Assembly (NCBI RefSeq): GCF_006345805.1
Contig: NW_021825940.1
Span: 1 to 13,762, forward strand
Source: Octopus sinensis
Taxonomy: Eukaryota
Direction: 5' to 3'
DNA length: 13,762 bases
A program made the translations under genes and the position numbers. The notes below the pieces were generated by a model. It did no database searches. It worked only from the letters and a program-made list of their open reading frames with translations, and was not told the DNA's origin. Below are positions 1-8,690 of the stretch, in pieces. Numbering within the stretch: the stretch's first letter is position 1; the number at the start of each line of letters is the position of its first letter.

Positions 1-80
1 TATATTTACTATATAAATCTCGAGCCGACCATATCTTTGTGAGTGGATTTGGTAGACGGAAACTGAAAGAAGCTCGTCGT
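1..80 (+). mobile_element. 3' part of tRNA-derived SINE head module (type A), followed by (TA)n
   Basis: GTGAGTGGATTTGGTAGACGGAAACTGAAAGAAGCTCGTCGT matches the copies at 4082-4233 (+), 5905-6066 (-) and 6099-6140 (-), each running into (TA)n. Confidence 0.8.
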
Positions 81-275
81 ATATATATATATGGTGTGTG
101 TCTGTGTATGTATATATATATATCTATATATATATATGTATATACATATATATATAACTGTATGTGGCGTAAGACCATATATGTATATATGTATGTATAT
201 ATATATATTATATATATGTATGTATGTGTGTGTGTGTGTGTGTCTGTGTCTGTTTATACACGTATAGGTGTGTAT
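81..275. repeat. (TA)n/(TATG)n/(TG)n compound microsatellite
   Basis: Directly visible. Confidence 0.95.
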
Positions 276-1039
276 GTGTGAACATGGATGTGTGGTTGCA
301 TCCGGTTTACTGTTAGGCAAACTGAATACAACCACTAAGCCGTATGGATCAATAGATATTGAAAATCGATACGCGTTATATAATACATTCGCTGTTTGTT
401 TGACTGTCAACAATGAAATCGAAGACGAAGGAAAGAAAGAAAGGCAATAAGATATCGACAGGTGTCGGGGGAGGGGTAATATCTGTAAGAAAAAAGAAAG
501 GAAGGGTGGAAGCGAAAATTAAGATGCTAGAAATAACAACCAGGTCTATATTAAATCTACATTTGATGTATTCAAATAAGGTGGTCACATTTGATAATGT
601 ATTCTTAGATAAACTGTGCTTGATCGTGAGAATTTATTTTCATGAGTGGTGGAATGACTTCGATCATTGATCAGTTCGAATGTTGGATTAGAGCCAAACA
701 ACAAACACAAAGAGAAAAGAAAAATAAGTTGGGATGTTTTAGGGTCAGTATATCCTTATCGAAGGATGACCTAAGTCTGCCGATATGACCCCGTTGTTTG
801 CCTTAAAGCGAACTTCGGTAAAGGTTGTCGAGAACGAGGTATCAGAATACGATCACGCGAAGGCTAAGGTCCAACGTGATGGCTATGAAAACGTGCGTAT
901 GTAATTGTGTGTGGATGTGTGCGTGTGTATGTGTGTGTGTTTGTTTGTGTGTGAGTAGAATACACAGCATTTGAATGTGTTTATTTATGTGTAACTATTC
1001 TTGACGATGCAGTGTCATGGAGATATGTACGTTTGAATG

Positions 1040-1240
1040 GGTACGTGTAAGCATGCGTATGTATGTGTATTATATATGTGCATGTATGATTGTATTTGTA
1101 TATATATAGAATGTATATGCATGTATATATATATATATAATATATATTATATTATATATATATATATATTATATAATATATATATATATATATATGTGTG
1201 TTGTGTGTGTGGTTGTGTGTGTGTGTGGTTGTGTGTGTAA
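1040..1240. repeat. (TA)n/(TG)n compound microsatellite
   Basis: Directly visible. Confidence 0.9.
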
Positions 1241-1510
1241 AACAATACAAACTGGGACAAGAACGCAAAACATTTAGAAGACGATACAAAAAGCACGGAC
1301 GGGACATTCGAAGCCTTCAATCTTCAGTCAAGAACCGGATCATCCTCGCAATTTCGGCTGATTAATCTTGAGATTGCTCCGATCTGGCCAGCTCCAAAGG
1401 AAAATCTAAGCCAAGCGCATTAGATTCCTTGGAAGAAAGCCTCGAATGTATACTAAACAAGGACGGAAAAACGGACGATGTTACACGAATAAGAATACAA
1501 AAATACGTAA
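1241..1510. mobile_element. unclassified interspersed repeat fragment
   Basis: Non-coding block between microsatellites that resembles an octopus interspersed repeat as I recall it. No second copy in this window, so support is weak. Confidence 0.35.
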
Positions 1511-1978
1511 AAACAATAATGATAATAATAATAACACAAAGAGGACGTCACAGACAGGCGTCTTTCGACAGGACGAGTAAACTTTGAGCTGGCGTGTTAG
1601 AAAAATGCCTTAGGGCAGAGACAGAAAAAAATGTGTCTTGCCGCGACGACTGCTAAGCACGAAAGGCCGGCAATCGGTCAGTCAGTCACGTGTGAGGAAA
1701 AGAGAGAGGAAAAGAGGGACAGAGAAAAAAGGGGAACAAGGAACAAAGGAGGAGGAGAAGAGAGAGAGAGAGAGAGAGCGAGAAAGAGACAGATCAAGGT
1801 GGAGTGCAAAGTGTGAAAGACAGACAAATGTAGGAGAGGGGGAGAGAGACTGTGTTATAGAGTCGTACCAAGTTTATATATAAATGTGTGTGTGTATATG
1901 TACACATAACATGCTTACATAATATATCGTATATATGAATATTCATATATACATGCATGTGTCTGTGTGCATATATAA

Positions 1979-2055
1979 TGATAATAATAATAATAATGAT
2001 GATAACAATAATAATGATAATAATAATAATAAAAATAGTAATAATAATAATAATA

Positions 2056-2093
<38 letters not shown>

Positions 2094-2113
2094 TTAAAAT
2101 AATAATAATAATA
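1979..2113. repeat. (AAT)n microsatellite
   Basis: Directly visible. Confidence 0.95.
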
Positions 2114-2242
2114 GGGAGTATAACTCCAAACTTACAGAGAAATTCAATTTAGTATTAATTAAATTTCACAGTAGAGATACAACCACTACCATGCAACTCA
2201 TTTTATATATATAATATATATTCATATAATATATATATAATA

Positions 2243-2288
<46 letters not shown>

Positions 2289-2467
2289 ATATATATGTAT
2301 ATGCATGTTGTGTGTGTGAAAAAAAATAATATATACATATATAAATTACTAAAAGAAAATAGAGAAGAAATATAGTGGATACTAGGTTAATTTTATTTGT
2401 ATCCCAGTGAAAAGAAGTAATACATATACGATTTAGGATGTAAAGGAAGGAAATAAACATAAATGAA

Positions 2468-2567
2468 TCCTACATATGTTTCAATCCGGATGTTGTGTTT
2501 CGATCATCAGCATTCATGCAATGCTAGAAGTAAAATAACCCACATTAAGTCTGGATCTCATCAGGGA
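2468..2567 (-). ncRNA. type-I hammerhead ribozyme-like motif with enlarged stem II
   Basis: Minus strand reads UCC-CUGAUGA-GAUCC...GGAUU-GAAA-C-AUAU-GUA-GGA. Core is intact, stem I is 3 bp, stem II is 5 bp, stem III is palindromic (ACAUAUGU). Predicted cut between 2471 and 2470. Confidence 0.62.
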
Positions 2568-2611
2568 GTGATGTTTACTTTCGTTGTTCACCACCGGTAA
2601 GTAAACATCAC

Positions 2612-2712
2612 TCCCTGATGAGATCCGGACAGAAGGTGGGTTTATTTTACATCTAACATCGCTTGAATGCTGATGATCGAAACTTAATGGCTTGATTGAA
2701 ACATATGTAGGA
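2612..2712 (+). ncRNA. type-I hammerhead ribozyme-like motif with enlarged stem II
   Basis: TCC 2612-2614, CTGATGA 2615-2621, GATC 2622-2625 pairing with GATT 2694-2697, GAAA 2698-2701, C-ATAT-G, GTA 2707-2709, GGA 2710-2712. Predicted cut after 2709. Confidence 0.58.
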
Positions 2713-3159
2713 TTCTTTTATGTTTATTTTTTTTGTTCATTATCTTCCTTTGCATCCTAAATTTTATATGTACTATTTTCTTAACTGTGATACAAAGGGA
2801 ATTAACCAAGCATCCACTATATTTCTTCTCTATATTAACTTTATACATTATTGGACAGTTTATCCATATATTTTATGGAAGATTCTATCAATGTATTTGA
2901 TAACGCCAGTTATCCGAATTTTTAAAGAAATCCCTTATGAGGAAACTACGTCCTCAATATGGCCTGCTACTGCCTGTTGTTCGCCATACACACATACACA
3001 CACAGACGTACCCCCCACACATACACACACGCGCGCACCCGCAGACCTTCACGCACCCACAGACCTTCACGCACGCACACACCCACACACATTCCTTGTC
3101 CTTACCATACTGTCTTTGAAACTCTCCTGTCTTAAAAAAACTTGATTCGTCTACCTTTC

Positions 3160-3385
3160 AACTTCCGTTTTTTCAACATGTGACCTCGTGAGCACCGCCA
3201 GCAATTTTCTTTTTCCTCTGTCTTCCCTTCTCTGGATCTTTCCTTCTCCTTTGTTTCCGACGAAGAGCTCCGCTCGAAACGTTGAACCCTCCTTCTTCCC
3301 TTCTTTCCTGAGCGTCCAATAATACTATATTTGTTCCACGTCCTCGCATTGTTGTGTTTTTTGTGTTTCTTGTTTGGATTAACTT
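3160..3385 (+). mobile_element. pyrimidine-rich repeat fragment carrying a hammerhead-like motif (probable non-autonomous Penelope-like remnant)
   Basis: Contains the motif at 3253-3287 and ends in (TA)n. Boundaries are approximate. Confidence 0.5.
3253..3287 (+). ncRNA. minimal type-I hammerhead-like motif (core variant U4C)
   Basis: GTTT-CCGACGA-A-GAGC-TCC-GCTC-GAAA-CG-TT-GAAC. Stem I GUUU/GAAC, stem II GAGC/GCUC, palindromic ACGU stem III. Core reads CCGACGA instead of CUGANGA. Confidence 0.55.
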
Positions 3386-3392
3386 TATATAT

Positions 3393-3451
<59 letters not shown>
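3386..3451. repeat. (TA)n microsatellite
   Basis: Directly visible. Confidence 0.95.
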
Positions 3452-3459
<8 letters not shown>

Positions 3460-4081
3460 TACACACACACGCATATTCGTATAGTGTATCTCTTAGCTTT
3501 TAGTGATGGCTCTGATTTCTATAGGAAATGTAAAAATTTGTAGATCTAACTTTAATATATATATATATATATATATATAAATACATACATACATACATAT
3601 ATACATACATACATACGTTCATACATACATAAATATATATACTTATATACATATATATACATACATATATATATATATGTATATATGTCATAAAAGTTTT
3701 GGAATTATGAGCGATGAATGTGTTCATTTTACCATTTGGCAATTTTAGGGTTAGTGCCATTATTTCAGTATAGAATATAATTATATTTTCATGTTTATAT
3801 TAATATACACGCTAGGCATTATACAATGCAGCTGTGTATTCACAAATGAATGCAAATAAAAAAAGCTGGCTCATGAAAACAGCAGGACGCCACGCTTATA
3901 TTTACCAACGAAATTGCTGGATAAATTGACGCTGATTGCGAAAGGGAATGTTTGTGAGAACTATTTTCATAAACAAAAACAAATTTCAAAATAGTTGATG
4001 TGATATTGTGTTTGAGAACCTGAAGATAATAAACGTATGAGAATATTATTAATCCTATACAGTTTAACGACCTCTATGACT

Positions 4082-4233
4082 GACTAGGTGGCCAAGAAGT
4101 TCGTTTAGAAATAACAGTTCTGTGTTCAGTATCGCTGCGTGGCATCTTCGCAAAGTGATTTTTGCTATAGCCTCGGGCCGACTATATCGTTGTGAGAGGA
4201 GTTGGTAGAGAGAAATCGAAAGATGCCCATCGT
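4082..4233 (+). mobile_element. diverged SINE head module (type A)
   Basis: CTATAGCCTCGGGCCGACTATATCGTTGTGAGAGGAGTTGGTAGAGAGAAATCGAAAGATGCCCATCGT aligns with 1-80 and with the reverse complement of 5905-6066. Confidence 0.75.
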
Positions 4234-4253
4234 GTATATATATATGTATATAC

Positions 4254-4291
<38 letters not shown>

Positions 4292-4305
4292 TGAGATAGC
4301 TAGAC

Positions 4306-4343
<38 letters not shown>

Positions 4344-4396
4344 GTAGGTAGGTAGGTAGGTAGGTAGGTAGGTAGGTGGTAGGATAGACAGATAGG

Positions 4397-4474
<78 letters not shown>
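4234..4474. repeat. (TA)n-(GA)n-(GATA)n-(GGTA)n-(GATA)n compound microsatellite
   Basis: Directly visible. Confidence 0.97.
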
Positions 4475-4475
<1 letters not shown>

Positions 4476-4477
<2 letters not shown>

Positions 4478-4889
4478 AATTTTATTTGCCAACAGAATGT
4501 GGCGGTCCTATAAAGGACGATATTACTGTTGTTTAAGTGCCAGGAAAACATCATTTCCAGCTGGCTATCGACACACACAGTCTGTCTCCGTATGGTGTTT
4601 CCAAGGGAGGTCATTACTTCCATCTCCAGCCTTACGTGATACTCACAGACCATGGTTTCTGGATGTATACCTGCCTTCAGTGTGAAACAGCGACTGGCTG
4701 TTGATGAAAGCTTTCTCTACTCACACTATACATTCTTTAAGCGACACACAGTCGCTGATCTCATATAGAGAAAAACAACTTATTTTAAATCCCTCGGCGA
4801 GAGATATACAGTAACAGTATGGAATAGTAAAGTTTATTCGCCAACATAATGTGGAGGTCCTATAGAGGACGATGCTACTGTTGTTTAAG
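4476..4889. repeat. segment bounded by 62-bp direct repeats (4476-4537 and 4828-4889)
   Basis: Manual alignment gives 55/62 identity with no gaps. Confidence 0.85.
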
Positions 4890-4899
4890 CTATATATTA

Positions 4900-5125
4900 T
4901 GTGTGTGTCTTTGAGTCTGTCTTTGTGTCCTCTTACCATGGCTTGACAACTGATGTTGGTGTGTTTACGTCCCCGTAACTTAGCGCTTCAGCATAAAAGA
5001 CTGATAGAATAAGTACTAGGCTTACAAAGAATAAGTCCTGGGGTTGATTTATTAGAGTGAAAATTTCTTTAAGGCGGTGCTCTAGCATAGCCGCAGTCAG
5101 ATGATTGAAACAAGTAAAAGGATAA
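4900..5125 (+). mobile_element. SINE body/tail module (type B)
   Basis: CTTGACAAC...TTTACGTCCCCGTAACTTAGC...AGGCTTACAAAGAATAAGT...AAGGCGGTGCTC...GAAACAAGTAAAAG recurs at 5650-5835 (-), 9890-10045 (+) and partly at 13276-13320. Confidence 0.82.
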
Positions 5126-5144
5126 AACAATAAAACAGAATGTA

Positions 5145-5210
5145 GGTTCAATCCCACTCTATGGATTCTTGGGCAAGTATCTTCTACTACTGTTTTGGGT
5201 CGACCATATC
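5145..5210 (+). mobile_element. internal fragment of type A SINE head
   Basis: B-box-like GGTTCAATCCC, then CTTGGGCAAGTATCTTCTACTA...GACCATATC, matching 1-80 and the reverse complement of 5905-6066. Confidence 0.65.
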
Positions 5211-5221
5211 CCAGGCACAAG

Positions 5222-5453
5222 GCCCTGCCGGTTCCACAGCCGCTGTGCCTTGGATATGGCATTCCTATTGGCCGACTTGAACGAAGCGCTGTCAAAAGCC
5301 TTTTCGTCATTCACGCTGGCTACCAAGCTGATGGTATGCGCTGCACACTGGCAAGTTTAGGCCCAGGCCGCTGGACTCGTTAAGGATGGCATCAACAGAG
5401 ATGTACTCAACTTCGTCCACATCCACAACTGCAAGATCCACGTCGATGTCATC
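5222..5453 (-). pseudogene. hAT-superfamily DNA transposase fragment, frameshifted
   Basis: DDIDVDLAVVDVDEVEYISVDAILNESSGLGLNLP, then a frameshift near 5350, then CAAHTISLVASVNDEKAFDSASFKSANRNAISKAQRLWNRQG. The CxxH motif (5347-5336) with an acidic run before it and a K-x-x-x-LWN motif after it is typical of hAT/Ac-like transposases. Confidence 0.78.
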
Positions 5454-5649
5454 GAAATATGAAGATTTACTTTCATTTTCCCATGTAATAGGGAACATGT
5501 ATTATTCGTTTCAATAAATTTGAAAGAGGAATATGGATTATATTACCAATGTTTAATGCCTACTTACTTTTCACCCACCCTGTATATTTATGTACACAGG
5601 CACATGCACACACACACCACACACACACACGTATGCACACACATATTCT

Positions 5650-5863
5650 TTTATTCTCATTTGACTGTGGCCATGATGGAGCACCGCCTTTAGTAGAGCA
5701 AATCGACTCCATGACTTATTCTTTGCAAGCCTAATACTGATTCTATCAGTCTCTGTTGCCGAACTGTTAAGTTAGGGGAACGTAAACACACCAAGATCGG
5801 CTGCCAAGCGATGGTGGGGGAGCAAACAGAGACACACAATATATGCATATACATATATATATG

Positions 5864-5905
<42 letters not shown>

Positions 5906-6062
5906 GACAGGCTTCTTTCGGTTTCCGTCCACCAAATCCACTCACAAAGGTCTGAGCGGCCTGAGATTTACCCAAGGTGCCACGAAGACACTTGCCCAAG
6001 TACCACGTGGTGGGACTGGATCCGGAACCATGTGGTTGGTAAACCACACAGCCATTCCTGCG

Positions 6063-6066
<4 letters not shown>
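5650..6066 (-). mobile_element. complete composite SINE: head A (6066-5905), internal (TA)n, body/tail B (5835-5650)
   Basis: Both modules are co-oriented on the minus strand and joined by a microsatellite. The head starts TAGGCGCAGGAATGGCTGTGTGG and has a degenerate B box. Confidence 0.8.
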
Positions 6067-6098
<32 letters not shown>

Positions 6099-6099
<1 letters not shown>

Positions 6100-6140
6100 G
6101 ACAGGCTTTTCTCACTTTGCGTCTACCAAATCCATTCACA
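6099..6140 (-). mobile_element. 3' fragment of SINE head module A
   Basis: CGACAGGCTTTTCTCACTTTGCGTCTACCAAATCCATTCACA resembles 5905-5946. Confidence 0.7.
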
Positions 6141-6456
6141 TGCAGGTAGAGGGAAGGGGGAACGAATAGGGGGTTGAAACGATTAAGTATGTCCACAAGC
6201 AATATGAATGACTTGTGGAGAAGCCACACGTGGATGATTGTGAATAGCGAGCGAAAGTGGAGGCGGGAGAGGAAGAGGATGAGGAGGAGGAGGAAGAGGA
6301 GGAGAGAACACAGAAAAGAGAGCTTGGTGAGATGGAAACGCTGGGGACGAGAAGAAAAAGCGGGAGAGGTGGGAGGAGGAAAAAGATGTGGGGAAGGAGG
6401 AGGAATTGAATTGAGTGGCAGGGGAAGAAGAAGACGAATGAAATGGTTATCACGTC

Positions 6457-6809
6457 GATGATGACGATGATGATTATGATAATGATGATGATGATGATCT
6501 CAACGATGATGATGGTGGTGATGATAGGAATGTCGGCGGAGACTATGATCATGATGAAGATCAAAAGGAAAATGAATTAGTAGTAGTGCAGGAAGATGAT
6601 GATGATGATGAGGAGGAGGAAGATGATGAAGATGATGATGATGATGATGATGATGGTGATGAAGATGATGATGATAATGATGGTGGTGGTGGTGATGATG
6701 AGGATGATGATGATGATGATGATGGTGAGGATGATGATGATGATGGTGGTGGTGATGATAATGGTGATGATGGTGATGATGATAATGATGATGATGATGA
6801 AAATGATGC

Positions 6810-6855
<46 letters not shown>

Positions 6856-7067
6856 GATGATGATGAAGATGATGATGATGAAAATGATGATGAGATGATG
6901 ATGATAATGATGATGATGAAGATGATGATGATGATGATGATGATGATGAAGATGATGATGAAGATGATGATGATGATTATGATGATGAAGATGATGATGA
7001 TGATGATGATGATGATGAAGATGATGAAGATGATGATGAAGATGATGATGATGATGATGATGATGAT
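6457..7067. repeat. ~600-bp imperfect (GAT)n trinucleotide tract
   Basis: Directly visible, with GAA/GGT/GAG/AAT variants and one phase shift near 6893. Confidence 0.97.
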
Positions 7068-7299
7068 AAAAACGAAGTGTTGAGAAGAGAAGCAAACAAA
7101 ATCCGATGCCAGCTTTGCTAATGCCCTCTGACGTCTGATAAGGTATTAACTGCAGAATTAAATACTTGACGTCTGTTGTTTTAGGGGTCTGCTAATGGCG
7201 GGATTACTAACGGTATTAATTTTATAAACGTCTCAAATAAAAACTCATCACGTACAAAGTTCGGAGGTTCTCGTACCGCGTTGAGTTTTGTTTTGTTGT

Positions 7300-7340
<41 letters not shown>

Positions 7341-7556
7341 CCACTCTCTCTGTTTTATATTGGTTTCAAATTTTGGCACAAGGCCAGCAAGTTCTTCAAA
7401 CCGGAGGTAGAAGACCGTTGCGGTCCGCTAATTTTTAAAGCGCCACCGGCAAGCAACCTGAACATCAAAACTGCGTTTGAGGATGACTATGACATCAGCA
7501 ACAGCAGCAACGGTATTGTCGGACCCACCCCTTCCAATAACAGCACCAACGTCTAC

Positions 7557-7955
7557 TCCAACAGCAGCCGCGGCAACGACTTCTGGTCCGGGTTCAACGG
7601 AAGAAATACCAAAAGCGAGAACACAACCAACACTCAAGTGTGCAGATATATCGACTCGGTCGGAATTGCCTTTAAGTGGCGCCTGTACAACCACAGGTCC
7701 TCTTTTAGAGTTGCGCCACGTCCCTTGGCGATCACGTGTGGCACTTTAAGGATGAAGGAACCACATGCAAAATTAAATGGTGACTCATAGAGGAAGCGGG
7801 GTCCTATACAAATGGGAGCAGACAATACACGCTTTGTATAGTAGAGCAAGCAAGGATGCTTATAGACATGCTTGAATGGGGGACTTTCTTAAACTCAAGA
7901 CACGAGATCTTTAAGACCTTGCCTGCATTCCAAACGTTACCCGCTACATGAGTGA
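7557..7955 (+). pseudogene. Penelope-like element GIY-YIG endonuclease domain, decayed (several frameshifts, one internal stop)
   Basis: Stitched translation: SNSSRGNDF / SGPGSTEEIPKAR / TTNTQVCRYIDSVGIAFKWRLYNHRSSF / SCATSLGDHVWHFKDEGTTCKIKW*LIEEAGSYTNGSRQYTLCIVEQ...FLNSRHEIFKT / CLHSKRY. This follows the PLE pattern CNC..C..G.CL..IY.A..YIG..FK.R..NH..SF..T.L..H.W.LK..LN.R.E...CRH. Confidence 0.8.
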
Positions 7956-8263
7956 GATTTCTCTTTCGTATCGGAATCAAGTTAAGGATGAAAATTCCCA
8001 GTCCGCTTGTTAGACCAGTCTAAGGGCAATAACCCGTCCCATTTAAGACTCAGATGGTATATAATATTATTTTGTTTACAAATTAACTGACCATAACGAC
8101 TTCCTACCACCAGTTTGAAGAGAACTTATATGCCAGCGGCTATTGGAGTCTGACGACCACCCATGAACCTAATCTTTGTAAAAGTATATTTCTGTAGCAT
8201 CTTCTTTTCTTCTCTTTTCAGTTATATCCCTTCGTTATGATCACATTAATAATCTTTTCTACT

Positions 8264-8459
8264 CTAGGCGCAAATTTTGTTGAATGGGACCAGTCGATTA
8301 GATCAACCCCAGTACGCAATTTGTACTTAATATATCAGCCCCGTAAAGAAGAAAGGCAAAGGCGACCTCGCCGAAATTTGAACTCAGAACGTAAAGACTG
8401 ACGAAATACAGCTAGGCATTTTGCCCGGCGTGCTAACGTTTCTGCCAGCTCGCCACCTT
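8264..8459 (-). mobile_element. tRNA-derived SINE with CORE-like central domain (type C)
   Basis: Minus strand reads AAGGTGGCGAGCTGGCAGAAACGTTAGC...GAGTTCAAATTT...CTTTGCCTTT...TTAAGTAC...GTACTGGGGTTGATCTAATCGAC, with A/B-box-like motifs. A homologous copy lies at 8485-8690. Confidence 0.8.
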
Positions 8460-8484
8460 ATGATTTCATTAATAATTGTAAAAT

Positions 8485-8690
8485 ATTGGCTGAATCGTTA
8501 ATTAGCAGGACAAAATGCTTACCAACATTTCCTTCGGTTTTACATTCTGAGCTCATATGCTACCGAGGGGCGACTTTGCCATTCATCCTTTCAAAGTTGA
8601 TAAAATTAGTACCAGCTGTACTCTGGTGTCGATGTAATTAATTTAGTTTTCCTGCTCCCAGTAAATTGTCTGGCCGTGGGCCAAAATTCG
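8485..8690 (+). mobile_element. diverged type C SINE, head-to-head with 8264-8459
   Basis: TGGCTGAATCGTTA...CAAAATGCTT...TTCTGAGCTCA...GACTTTGCCATTCATCCTTTC...TAGTACCAG aligns with the reverse complement of 8264-8459. Confidence 0.72.

Larger units (their letters stand above)
2360..2832. repeat. long imperfect palindrome (arms 2360-2580 and 2599-2832, 18-nt loop), probably inverted Penelope-like terminal repeats
   Basis: 2465-2486 is the exact reverse complement of 2694-2715 (22/22), 2497-2516 of 2664-2683 (20/20), and 2549-2580 of 2599-2630 (31/32). Outer arms still align but are more diverged. Confidence 0.92.

Noticed and set aside
311-500. Strong-looking minus-strand acceptor (pyrimidine tract plus CTTACAG at 483)
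   Set aside because: There is no good donor and no recognisable peptide in any frame downstream.
743-771. Small hairpin ATCCTT-ATCG-AAGGAT with flanking GGTC/GACC
   Set aside because: It is short and has no accompanying motif, so it is not distinguishable from chance.
1302-1327. Minus-strand CTGAAGA...GAAG-G-CTTC-GAATGTC
   Set aside because: The GAAA box is broken and there is no stem I. At most a relic.
2934-2952. CTTATGA-G-GAAAC-TAC-GTC hammerhead-like string
   Set aside because: G5 is mutated, stem II is absent and stem I cannot form.
5204-5259. Hairpin as a pre-miRNA
   Set aside because: It is better explained as a junction duplication inside transposon remnants, and it matches no miRNA I recognise.
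6577-7095. Poly-D/poly-M (+) and poly-H/poly-I (-) ORFs as an acidic or His-rich protein
   Set aside because: They are the expected translations of a (GAT)n tract, with no flanking domain and no convincing splice sites.
7281-7790. 169-aa ORF as a host gene
   Set aside because: It starts in a (CT)n tract, and its only recognisable motifs are one frame of the decayed Penelope endonuclease.
8150-8170. CTGACGA about 200 nt downstream of the GIY-YIG remnant as a further hammerhead
   Set aside because: The position is plausible, but there is no stem II and no GAAA.
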